A stretch of 63,991 nucleotides of DNA, the filler included, from Porpidia crustulata (taxonomy: Eukaryota): assembly GCA_964255105.1 (NCBI GenBank). It is 4 parts of 4 records of this genome, joined end to end, with 100 filler letters (N's around TTAATTAATTAA, not from the genome) between each part and the next. Parts side by side here need not be neighbours in the genome. Positions count along the whole stretch, not along the records: positions 1 to 16,128 come from CAXUWE010000270.1; 3 more parts are not named here. One strand, given 5' to 3'. Position numbers and translations under genes: made by a program. The notes below the pieces were generated by a model, which worked only from the letters and a program-made list of their open reading frames with translations, made no database searches and was not told where the DNA came from. Below are positions 1 through 12,206 of the stretch, one piece after another (position 1 is the first letter of the stretch; every line of letters starts with the position of its first letter).

Positions 1-892
1 AAACAATACCACGACACTCCCCTCGCCGCCCCTTTTTAAAAAACCGCCCATATCTATCCTTTTAAAATTTTCAACTCAACCTAGTCAGAATTTAAAATCT
101 AAAAACTAACAAGCAACGTAACACAGTACACCATCTCCATCCCACAGCCACCTCTCCACCTCCCTTTCCCTACTCTACCCCACCAAACCAAATCCAAACC
201 CAAACTCAAACTCATTTCTAACCCTCATATCTACGATGTAAAGCACGTCGTCCATGTCTTCCCTTCAGTGTCGAGAAGATTTTGTTAGCAGATTTCGAAG
301 TGGTGGGAGAAGGTAATGAAGGTGATACGTGGTTGTTGCTAATACTAAAAAAGATCGTGGTTATCTAGTCCATTCATCGGTTATGAACGAGCATATTCAC
401 GGGGGTAACAAAAGAGGCATAAACGTCACTTTTCAGAAATCACAGGCGCTGAAGCACATGAAGACGAACAAGGCGTGCGACTGCTGAACAGCCTTTCATT
501 GAAACCATGTCCGAATCGCCTACCACGAATTGCAGGCGCTTCATAAAATCTTGTACCCTCCGTCAATTCGGTTCCGGCGGAACATGAAAACCGCTCTTTT
601 GCGGACTCTCTCGGAAACGTTGGGAGGGAAAAACACACAACGCGCACCGAACCCCGATTTAAACCAGAAGAAAAACCACCTTCGCTCGGCTCTCGCAATT
701 TTCCAGTCCCGATCCCAAGCGCTAAACTGTCAAATTCTATTCGAGGTCTTGCTTGGTTCCCTCTCCGTGCGCCATCGTCAAATGCAGACCTTCCGTTGAG
801 GCTTCTCCCTTCTCCAGCGCTTTGGTTTGCGCAGAACAGTTCTTTGGCCATCAGTTCCTTTTGAGTACGCCGTCGCTATGAGTAATTTGCAA

Positions 893-3800
893 TCAAGGGG
901 ATGCGATGATATTTTCCGACTCAGAATCGGTGGGGAGATCCGAGTCCTGATTGTTCCATGTATCTGTGATAAGTTGAAACCTGTCAGTGTCCGAGACGAA
1001 TTGTCTGTGAGAAGGCTAACCTGAGTTCGCGTCATCTACGTCTTCAACAGTCAACTGATGAAGCGCATCAAGGATAGCTGGTAGATAGCGTTATTAAGAG
1101 TCCTCAGGGGCCAGAAAGATATACATGAACCTACTATTCGCTTCCGCTATTGAATCACAATCATCTTCGCCAGATTCCGAGTAATAATTCTCAATGCAAT
1201 GTTTGATGACTTGCGTCACATTCTCGACGTTTTTGTTCTCAATAGGCTTCTGCTGTCGAACCAAAACATCTTGTATACGTTTGACACAAGCAGCACACAA
1301 TTTTCGAGCAACATCCTCGAGTTCCTCCGCTTCTTGCTCATTGTCCATATTGCGGTGGTCTCGGTCAAATACAAGGGTCTTTAGTAGATCGATTGTGCCG
1401 ATTCTAACCAGTTCGTCCCAGTACATAAGCAAAGCCGGCGCCCAGAGCGGTACAGTACGTAGGACTAGATGGTGAAAAAATTGCGAATGTCTCTGCAGTC
1501 GGAGATTTTGGACACGACGCGCTTTGACGAAGAAGTCCAAGTGCTCCTGGCCACCGTTGTGGCCTATGGTATCAACTTCATATGCCACTCCATCTATCAT
1601 GTCTTTGGCGTTGATCGTGAACGGACACGTCTCGCAAAAGGCTACGGCAGCCGAAAGAAAGGGAGAGGCGTGCGAGGCAGGCTCAATGTTGACGCCATTC
1701 AATATTGTTCGCAAAATATAATCGAGTGAGCCGACTTTGGGTTCTGCAAGCACCATCATTCGGACGATGTCGTTCGCAGCCGAGGGGTTTTGGTCCAAGG
1801 TAAGAATCTTTTCTAGAAACACCACTGTCGTTGTTCTTTCATCTATAGTACCATAACGCATATACCTGTCTTCGACAAGCGACAATCCCATTTTCCCATC
1901 GACTAATGGGCGATTCCGCTGCTGCACATCCGTATCTTGTTGCTCTATATCAATTCGAGACAGTAGGACGCGAATGAGATCGATGAGTTTGACAAGGGAA
2001 AATCTGCGTCCTTTGTCTATCAGGCGAACATAGTGTCCATAGTGCGCGTTTTTCCTTCTTAGGTCGTGAGCATTAGTATGTTCAACGATGAGTATCTCCA
2101 AGCTTAATTTGAGAAAATCTTCCCGAAGAAGCCCGTGGGTTTCTGGAATACCGATTTCAGCCATTCTCACAAGTAGGCCAAAGTAGTCATCCCAAGAACG
2201 GAGATGCATGTGTAGGACTACCCACAAATCTTTGAGGCAGCTTACCATATCTTGGAAAACACCTTGAGTTTCCGGCAAGTGGCCATCAGTTGGATCATTC
2301 TCGATGTAATCCACATCAAAGCCATAGGTTCTAGTGTCGTACCTGCGGAGGTATTGTAGTCCGGTAATGATCATTCCAGCAAATTCCTTACGGACTTTAG
2401 CATTAGGACACCGCAGGAGAAGATTGCGAAGAGATTGCTTGTGGCAAGTGACCCAATTCAAGGCAAGCCTGCAGCAGCTAGGACAGGTACCAATCACCCT
2501 TGAGAGCGACGTCAGCATCGTGTCGAAACCTACGCAATCCTTTGTCCTCGACAAAACTCGGTCGAGATGGTCTAATGCAAGCCAAATGGCTTCTTGCTCT
2601 ATAGAATGATCATCCGTGCAGGTGCCTTTGGTAATGTGGCGAAGCTGTTCCAGCAAAGACCGTGCAAAAGCGGTGTGTGCGGGATCAAACAAACAATACT
2701 TGCGAATGAAGGACTCGTTCTGCATTGCTATCGTTTTTTCAATCTCCAGCGGGATTTTCTCTTTGACAGGCACGTCCATCGCAGTCGGTTGGTGTCTTTC
2801 GAATTCTACGTCCATGGCAGTACTCCGCTGGTAAAAAAGCATGTAAGCGTTCCATGCTTTGGGAAAACACGTTGACGAATAAGGGGAAGCATCACCCTCC
2901 CCACCATAGCATTGATCTGGGATGTACTTGGGATTGAATCGGGATACATCGGCGTCGTTGAACTCAACCCAATTTTGGCTTTGATGACACTTGAGCGGGC
3001 GCTCCCGAATATAGGAATAGTAGTGACCGGACTCCGCGGTACCACTGTGCACAAGGATGCCGGTCAGCTCAAACATATCAGGCGAACTGGGCTGGTCCGG
3101 ATCCTTGAGAAAGTCGACATGGTACGGCGCCATATCGATCTGCTCCGGAAATTCGAACTTGTCGTTGATCTTGTTCCGCATGCCAGTACTAATGTCGTAG
3201 TCAAATCTTTTCAGGTGGAATATCAAGTTATCAGGAATATCTTTGAGGCAAGCCCTGAGAGGTGTTAGGAGGTCCTGGCACATGGGGCAATATAGACTTA
3301 CCGCTTTACTGCATCAACGTAGGAGCCACAGGAAGTACAAGAGTATTTGTTATCTTATGCAGTAGTCAGTATGATGACTCTATGGTGTGTATAATTTTCA
3401 AAGGATGCACCAACCGCCTTCCATGACTTCCCCACCTACATAAGCATTCAAGCTCTCCATCAATGTAGCCTTCCCTTGAATATCACACTGGATAGCGGAG
3501 AATGGTTCGATCCGTTCGGATATATGGGGACATTCTTTGGACTTGATTTGCTGCACGATTTGGCCTCCATAGAACTTTCTGAATTGTTTCTTCCCTTCAT
3601 CCGATAGAATTTGGCTTTCCCATCTGTCAAAAAGGAGATTATAGAACTCATCGACGTCCATTTGTACTGAGACATCGATGAGGGTGTTTTCATAATTAAT
3701 TACCGAGTCTGCGATGCCCTGGGTATCGACAGACTTGAACATGCTCTCTTGCATGAAAGCAAAGAGCTTCTTCGTCTCTGATAACAGCTTTTGAGAAGAG

Positions 3801-6800
3801 GCGCCATCTGCAATATTCGTATCAAGTATGAAGCCACGGAAGCTTACATTCATGAACAGCTGGGTGAGTAAGGAATTCATATAGCACGTATTGGATAGAT
3901 TACGCAGACCCGGGTACCCAACCGGAGACCTTATGCTTTTCGTACGCGCGAAGTTCCAATTCAGGTCATAGGTGTAGTCTTCTAAGATCTGAGCAATGCC
4001 CCACGTCCAAGCGTGAGAGGTCTCCTCACCTTCGGGAAGCAATCCACGGACAAGTCTCAGTAGCCTACGATAGCTTCCGATACCGTTACTGAGTGCCAAG
4101 ATTATGGAATAAAGCTCTTGTCGAGTTGGGGTGTGCAATGTTGGCACCCGGGCGATGATCGGTGCTTCTTCGGCCATATTCGACAGGTCTGGGAAAATTT
4201 GCGTACGGAAAAGTCTTTCCAAAAGAGTATCACTGGCATAGTTTAGAGCATATTTTAGTGAAGATAGAAGCATGACTAACCTGATTTTCATCGGCTTTTT
4301 CAGCGACTTTGTCAACTGTATACACCACTGCAAAAGTTCTGATATGCCAAATACCACCCAGTCAGTGCTGTCTCGGCCAACGAACTGCCCATCGTTAGTA
4401 AGGCGCTTATTCCCCAATATCTTGGAACAAACCTCGGTGTGCGTATATTCAAGCAGCAAGTCACTCCATTCTTCAATATACCTTCCGAATTCTAGATTCT
4501 CTTGACTGGCATGGTCGATGGATCGAAAAAGAGTCAAGGCAACTTCGAAGAATTGTTGGGAGTTCTCGCCATGGTCCAGACTCTGGGGGATGATGGTAGC
4601 ACACTTTCCCCAGAATTGGTACACAAAATCCTGAGCCGGAGCATCTCCACGCCTGCTTTACAAAGTTAGAACTCGGTCGATTGTCGGTCAGTCTGTTAAC
4701 TCACGTCGGCAAACTACAGCAAATCCCTCGTATTGAATCTGCTACACCTTGACGGATTTCCGGCCTCAGGTCTTCTAGGAGAAGGGTTTTCGACAGCGTG
4801 GAACTGTGGCTCGTGTTCTTGAAATAGACCCAGACTTTGTTGCAGTGTAGAGATGCCTCTAATATTACAGCAAAGCTTTTACGCACAAGCTCTATTATCT
4901 GGGGGCTGCTGACACCAGACTGCGCAAAATCAATGAACCATAGAAGGCGTTCAACCAGTGTTGCCGCGTCTGAAAAGAACATGCTCGAGACTTCTGCTGA
5001 GACAGCCTCTATATGACATAAGAAATTAGACTCTAGCTTTGACCCCACATAGATGGTGACTAACCTTTCAAGAACGTCAGTAAACAATCGACTAGGCCCA
5101 CGGCGGTCGAAATCTCGATTTCGGCGTCAAGTAGAATGCCTATTCTTTTAGCGCTCGTCAAAGTAAGAGCTAGAAGTTGCACGCTGTGGCATATGAAAGC
5201 TTCGCTCGTGGTACCCTACATAAAATTAGTAATTCTCATTGCTCCCAGGATGCATGGCTTTGCAAACATTTCGAAGCTGGCGAATCAGGCAAATTTTAAG
5301 CGCGTAAACAGAGTATAGAATTTTAAATTGTGACGTGCTTGGAAATGCCATCTCGGTCGAAACCTCTTTTGAACAGACAAGATTTGTTATACTTTGGTGA
5401 GGCGGAAATAAGACCAAGAACTCGAAAACCTAGGGATAATTAGATTGCTCATACACTGCCTCAATCGGATCTATTGAATATTACCTCTTTGGCAAGACTT
5501 TCCTCCATGTCCAAAAGCTCATATATTTCCAAGAAATGTTCCATCACTTGAGCCTCCGAAGGTTGCAGCCGAGGTGCAGGGCCTAAATCCGGTAGTGACT
5601 CAGTATCGTATGCTTTCTTGATGATCAGGAGTCCCTTTTGGTCAAATTTCATGTCCCGAAGCGATGATTGAGAGGTACTTGCGAGATCAAGCCTTTGACC
5701 GCCTGCAATAGCGATGAACTTTGAGAATCCTGTTAGCTTAATCAAACGTTGCGATAAGTCATCAATTGTCTCGAGATCGCCCACGTCGAGAGAGTGGATG
5801 CCGGTATTTGTCCCTCCACTGAACGATTGGTACCGAATGCGAATTGTGTCACCTGTAGTATTGTGAGACTCCCGCGGAACCTGTAGCTTCGCTGGTGGCG
5901 AAGGACTGTGCACGGGACGAGATCGAACACCCTGAACAAATTCTCTCAGAAGAAGCAGAGAGCGAGTGAAGGTAAGCCGTTGACTTTGTATCTCCTCCTC
6001 GGACGCCACTATCACCATAGGTTCGTCTTCTCCACTGGAAGTCCCATCACTGAATGCTTTCAGTTTGGAAGCAGCTAGAGTTAATTGTCGCGTGCACCGC
6101 TCCACCACTTCAATGTGCATGACTTCGATGACAGATCGTGGGGAACGCTGGATATCTGGGGAGTCCAAATACAATGCTACAAGCATGGAGATGGTCTTGC
6201 GTTCGATTGTGCCCGGAGGAGCAACAAGGGATAGGTGCCAGAGTAATTCAGCTCCCATGTTTCTGATCTGACGCTGCTCTTCGTCTGCGCGTGAGTGAGC
6301 GACTCGTGATTCATATGGCGTGACTTGTTCCACAAAAGACAGTATTCCCATAGTGATGAACGTAGGGTTGAGTTGCGGAAGGTAGTCGCTGATGCATCGG
6401 TCAATGAAAGAGTTCCCACTGATACAAACACGTGAGGCTCTGCCAAGCATATGCCATGCGGCGTTTCGAGCTCGATCACTTATCGCTCGGGGTCCAAACA
6501 TGACATCCCAAAGCTGCTGTCCAAAATCGGAGCTGATAGTGTCTGGAATATGGATAACAATGGATTGGATCAATTCCAAGCGAACCGTCAAGCGTTCATC
6601 AAGCGTGTGAGAGGTAGATAGTGATCGCCGCTCAGATTCGACAACGTGAACAAATTCTTCAATCATAAGATTAGTGAGATTCGAGCTCCTTGACAGCAAA
6701 GGGATATCTAGCTCCGGATTCTGCCTGAGAAGAGCATTGATGGCTGAGATACTGCCCGAGGCGGAAGGAGTTCGACAGGCAACGTCATTAATACAATCAT

Positions 6801-9165
6801 CGTAGATGCTTTTTCTATCCATATCGCTAGGCCCTAATGCCAGAAGATGATGGAGCTGGCTGAGGGCAAATTCGTTTATGTCCCTCTTCTTATGGTACGG
6901 TAGAGCTTCCTCGGCTGCTGACAGCCGCACGAGCCTTATACAGAGGTTGTATGGTGGCATATCCATCCTCGAATCGATCCGTTGCTCTCTCCAGGACATC
7001 CGGAGGCGATCAAGGAGTCGTCCACCGTACACGATCATGCTAACATCAAATGAGTGGAGTGGCAACTCGTTCAACTTCTCTGTCAAGTAGAGCAAGGTCG
7101 GATATGATGATAGATGGGAAAATCCGCTGAGCATTATCAATATGGCATCGATGACTCGAGAATCCTGGCTGGTAGCCACGGCTTTCCATATTGCATCTGA
7201 CGTTGCTTCAGTATATCTGTTTGTAATAGCCAAGAATCCGACAATGTTATGGCACCGTCCTATCAGCTGGGGGTGCGAATCAACGCCCACAAAGTACTCG
7301 ACAAGTTTGTGAGCGAGCAAAAAGTCAGATAGGAACTGAGCTACTGGGTGAGAGCCCCCAAGCCTAGACGACACAATGAACTTTTGGTAGGCCGCCACCA
7401 GCTCGCCCGACATAAGATCGACTCCTTGGACCCTGATCTCCATTCGTCCCTCCGTGATGTATTTCTTGAAGATTCGAAATTTCCAAGCAAGATCAATGAT
7501 GATAATACTATCCGTATTACCTAGTTCTTTAGTCGTACGGAGTTCTTCTCGTAAGATACTAGCTGCTATTCTCTCGTCTGCGTGTGCTATACTTGTAAGT
7601 AAATGTGCTAGAAGAGAAACAAAGACTTGGCTTGTTTCATGCGACAAGGCTGGTACTTGTTTAGTTATGTAGATCTGGAGAGTAGTATCAACCATTCGAA
7701 AGAGATCATATGCCTCGGATGGCAACTGCAATAGGTTGACTGCCAATTCATTGTGCACTTCCTCGTCACTCTCTCGTAATAGATTATAATGCTGCATCAA
7801 TTCGAGGACGATTTTAAGCGGCGGCCAAAGTCTCTGAATCATACCTGGTAGTGCCTGGGATCGATCCAGAAGGCCCTTTGTAACGCGGGATAGGCAATGA
7901 AGGCCATTGGAAGGTTTCTGTATAAAGCGAATCATGATCTTTGCGATCATAACCTTATAATCAATTCTGTATGTATCGTGCAGGGACTTCCATAGGGCGG
8001 ACCCAGTAGAGGAAACGAGATAGAATAGAGCAGTACAGTATCGATGTGCTATTAGGTCTGGAACAGCTTTATTATCATCGGCAAGCCCCTCTAATGTTTG
8101 GCAGTCGATTTGCACCATTCTCGATGCCAGGCCTGCAAACGCAATAAGGAAGCTTCCGAAATGACGATGGGTGTCGGGGTATTCGTAGGATCTTATTGGT
8201 AGTACTAATGCTGTTCCGTATCTGGTTGCACTATGCTTGCTACTCAGCTAATCAATGACTCACAGGGGTTCTGGTGTACTAACCTTCGACGTACAAGACA
8301 ATCGATTATATTGGGGAGATCGTCCCAAAAGTCGCGTTCCTCCAAATACATGCTCCACCATTGAGCTGAGTGTGCTTCCGTGGTCTGCAGGTACATCTCG
8401 ATCCAGTCCGAAAGACTTTTAAATAGATCACCATTCTCAAGAGGCTCTGGAAGTCTGTCAGATAAGGCATACCATTCGGGGCGGACTCTCTGGCTCACGC
8501 TTCTCAAACACCTGCGCAATAGCAGCCACGGTCTGCCGTAAATCTCTGCTGCTGCTCGCATATGGAAAGGCTTCCAGAAGCGCCCCTTGAGTATCCTTTG
8601 CATCTATCAGGGTCACCAGAGGCCTCCATCTTGTTTCCCCAGACTCTTCATTCATATCTTCAACTTCGGCAACCTCTATTTCTGGGCTCCGCGGAGGAGA
8701 TGATGACACTGAGATGACATTGGAAGCTGGAGAGTCACCTCTCTGTGTCGATTCGGCTTTACGTGATATCGGTGACCTCTCCCCACCCTGTGACAGGGTA
8801 CGGCGAACACCATTAACGCGAGGTAATTGCGGCGAGCCCGTATGAATGGGATCTCGGAAGTTTATAGTCACTTTGCTTGGCGTCCCATCAGCGACAGCTA
8901 AGGAGCTGTGTCGCTCGTTCGCCAAATAAATGTTGTTGTCGCGGGCTGTCATGGACGAATGTTGACTGGCTTCAGCTCCGGAGGAGTCAGCTTTCGAAGT
9001 GTCGGCGGACATGTTTGCGTGGGCCAAGGTTCCACTATCCAGGCGTGGTCGTTTCCTCGTAACAGATGAATCGGCGTCTTCCATAGGATTTCTCCGTGGT
9101 GGGCTAGGCCCGGCAGAAGTTGCACGGTTCGGGTTCGAAGGTGAACCTACCGGAACTGAGTCCAT
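893..9165 (-). CDS. Large ubiquitin C-terminal hydrolase, USP34/USP24/USP9-like (peptidase C19), multi-exon
   Basis: Cys box GLRNLSNTCYMNS, QMDVDEF, His box GILVHSGTAESGHYYSYI and WVEFND across ORFs 3398..4624 and 1094..3283. Long helical N-terminal region (5461..8118) with a ubiquitin-like segment. ATG at 9165 (MDSVPVG..RKRPRLDSG). Two short terminal exons spliced by eye end at TGA 893-895. Confidence 0.93.
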
Positions 9166-10133
9166 CACATTGTTCTTGCCGAATGGAGGGAAGTGAAGGG
9201 ATAGGAAAGGAAGCTGCGCACGAAAAGCAAATGAAGCGGAGCGAGGGCGAGAGCGAGGGCAAGGCCGATGGTGAGGCTGCCTCGTTGGGAAAGGGTGATG
9301 AAATAGACTGTGAGGGGAGGTGTGTGTATTAAAACAGTATTGGCATTGAAGTGAAGCTTGGACATGAGGTGGGCGGATAAAGTGATAAGTAATGGTAACG
9401 ACAAGGATGAGGGATCTTAGGCAGAACACGCCAAGCAGCCGTGTACATATCTAGCGCATCGTTTCAATACACAACCATAGAGTTGCAACAACCACCCATT
9501 GGAATACTTTCCGAAAAAATTACTTTGAAGCACCTCTATTGCGAGCTGTGGATAAATATTCTACGATGATCTAGAGCCACAATACTGTATACATCACCCG
9601 AAGATTATGAGCAAGACTAGGATAAATACCACGGCAGCTGGCTATCAACACGGAAACGATTGCAAGTGTTTCAGAGTGAGTGCTATATGTAATATAAGCC
9701 GCGTATTGTATTGTATTGTTGTTTGTGCGTCATACGCTAAGATAGCTGTCCGTGCAATGCTAGCAAATTGAAATGCCTTTCACAAGCCAAATGACTTGAG
9801 ACAATCCGAGTCTTTACCTACTTACCTAACCAATCCAGCAGACCAAGAATTAATGGACGATCGTGTGAAAGAAACGCATCAGAATGCTAGCTTCCATACA
9901 GGCAGTCTCCTTAAAGAACCCATTATCATCCATCGGCGTCTAATTACTATCCAGATGCCCCGAGCTTTCTTTCTTTGCTAAAAATGAAATACTCATTCTA
10001 TTAAAATCTGAGAGAACAAGCTTCATACCACCCCAGATACACCACAGACAAATATAAAATGATATCTCAAGAGCATATCTATCTCTGCCTACATAGACTG
10101 GCCAACGATGGTCTGTGCGAGCCCCTTGGCTTC

Positions 10134-10450
10134 TCACTTCTTGCCGTAATCACTCAAAGTTCTCTCCGCTATAGTCAGATCATGAGGATCCGTATCTGTC
10201 CAACGCGCTGTGAGACCTTTCATATCCTTGATCAGACCTCGTAGATCGTCTTTCGGTTCCTTGATCTGACCTCCTAGATTGTCTTGCAGGTCCTTGATTT
10301 GTCTTCCGAGTATGTAGATATTTCCAACGAGCCCGAACACAATTAAGGTTGCTCGATATGCAAGTCCTGATTAAACACCAAGAAGCGTATTAGCACTGAT
10401 GATTATCGATGTGGTAAGGACTTACGGCCAGAATGAATTGGAACTACCAT
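10134..10450 (-). CDS. Putative small orphan protein (85 aa, one hydrophobic segment plus 11-aa-repeat coiled coil), 2 exons
   Basis: ATG 10450; intron 10425-10367 (GTAAGT..GCTAAT..CAG) joins in frame to ORF 10134..10340, giving MVVPIHSGRLAYRATLIVFGLVGNIYILGRQIKDLQDNLGGQIKEPKDDLRGLIKDMK. May be a relic. Confidence 0.35.
10225..10310. repeat. 33-bp tandem repeat, about 2.6 copies
   Basis: tccttgatcagacctcgtagatcgtctttcggt / tccttgatctgacctcctagattgtcttgcagg / tccttgatttgtcttccgag. Confidence 0.8.
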
Positions 10451-11463
10451 TATCGTGGACTTAATAAGGAAGTAAGGTTCTAGATCTGTTGCTACGTTAA
10501 GGGGATCCGCAGATCGCCACTTCAGTCTTGGACGCTAAAGTTAAAGGTCTCTCCACGCTCAAGCCGCTTGTGACTGTTTTCTTTCCTCGCTTGGACCAGC
10601 CGTTACTCGCGTGCTTCGAGCTATCTATGCTCGTCGAAGCCGCACTACCGCAGTCATCCTCCGCTTGGAGTATAACTAAATTGGTAGATCGTCAGAAGGC
10701 GCCAAGAGCGAATTGAGTGTTATGTTGGGTTATCAACTCCGCGATTTGGGCTTGATTAACGGAATACCAAAGGCTTTTTCTTTAGTCAGTTTCGTCAGAT
10801 AGCACATGCGTGAGACCAAAAGATCTTGGTTGATAAAAACGAAACGTGATGTATATATTCTGATCAAGATCCAAAATATTAAGCAAAGCACCTTACAAGT
10901 TATAGCAAAATAAGGTATTGAATGAGGGCTTACGAAAACAATTTTACACGGCATAGAGAATTTCTCCATGGGGAGAAGAACAACCAGCAAAGTCTTTTGA
11001 ATCGGCGAACTTGGAAACGATTCGTGATGCTGGCGGGTAACAGTATCTGTAATTCACTATGCTAGGAGACGGTCTTCCCATTGCCGCCAAATGAATAAAT
11101 TGACCGGCTGCAAGCCGTTGAGTCCATGGAATCTAGCAGAGATATGACTCGGAATTATGAGGTTTCTGTCGGTTCGCGGTATCTGAACCATTAGCTTCCC
11201 ATTCCTCCCACAACCTTACGAAGTCGTGAAGCTGCAAGTCAGGTGATCTAATTGTTAGGCTCTGATTCGAAAGGGATAATTCTGGCGTCAGGTCGATCCA
11301 TCGTCGACGGGATGCTTCGATCCAGAAGATGACGAGAATTTGGTGACAATCGACGAGCAATCTTCGACAATGATGAGTCTTAGTGAAACCTTTGGACTCA
11401 AAGATCTGATACACTCCGGATATGAAGTGGATCTGACTGTGTTTTAGTGGGATAGGCTGCAAT

Positions 11464-11946
11464 TCATAGACCTCCTTGAATAGCAAAGGATGAGATAATG
11501 AGCACAAGTACACTGATCAGCGCCCAAAGAAAAGGGATGATAGTAGACATTTTGAATGATCCTGCATCATAAACAGCACCAAGTCTACCAGGACCGTTAG
11601 CATTTCCAGTAAGTTACCTATAACGTACTTTCCTGACGCACATCAGACCCACCACACTACCAGCCAGCACGGCTTCTACACCAGCCACTACCATGTATAT
11701 CAATGGTACCATCCACATAAGCTTCCAATTCCGCCATTGCACGGCGACTGCATAGAGACTGGCCACGACATGGGAAGCTTCGAAGATTATGATCGTCCAG
11801 AAAAGTGTAAATCGCCAGACGTCTTGACTATAGTAAAGGTATTTTGGGTGGTCGAAGCTTGAATTGGACTTTATGGGCCAATACAACGATGGGAATGGTG
11901 GCGTCTGATATCCAGGTGGTACTGCTCCAGTGATCCTATCACTCAT
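11464..11946 (-). CDS. TMEM170-family integral membrane protein (yeast YPR153W/May24-like), 2 exons
   Basis: YQTPPFPSLYWP, LYYSQDVWRFTLFWT, GSVVGL|ILGAVYDAGSFKMSTIIPFLWALISVLVLIISSF; intron GTGCGT..CTAAC..TAG; TGA at 11464-11466. Confidence 0.88.
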
Positions 11947-12086
11947 GGTACATTTTTTCTAGCCTTCATGGACGGCGTCTTATGCTCTGCTTGTTGAAAC
12001 TGGACAGCTACGAAATAGCGCTCTTGCTGGGTAACAGGACTCTCCTTTCCTGTGGGTAGCGCGGATGATATTCCGCTTCCGCGGTA

Positions 12087-12092
12087 CCTCGG
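12087..12092 (+). promoter_or_regulatory. CCTCGG, candidate FarA/FarB fatty-acid-induction site in the TMEM170/PEX8 divergent promoter
   Basis: Exact hexamer about 115 bp upstream of the PEX8 ATG. CCTCGG is the established Aspergillus FarA/FarB core in peroxin and beta-oxidation promoters. Confidence 0.5.
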
Positions 12093-12206
12093 CTCGCTGT
12101 GGTTGAAGCTTCACCATGTAGGCACTCACGCACTGTAGGGCATCTCATCGCTATGATTAGATGGAAGCCGTCTAGGTAATGGAAGTATCATACATATTTT
12201 GCTCTT

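Noticed and set aside
9166..9429. 88-aa N-terminal extension of the deubiquitinase in the ORF track
   Set aside because: Depends on a GTG start; the stretch is a pyrimidine-rich 5'UTR-like leader and the first in-frame ATG is 9165.
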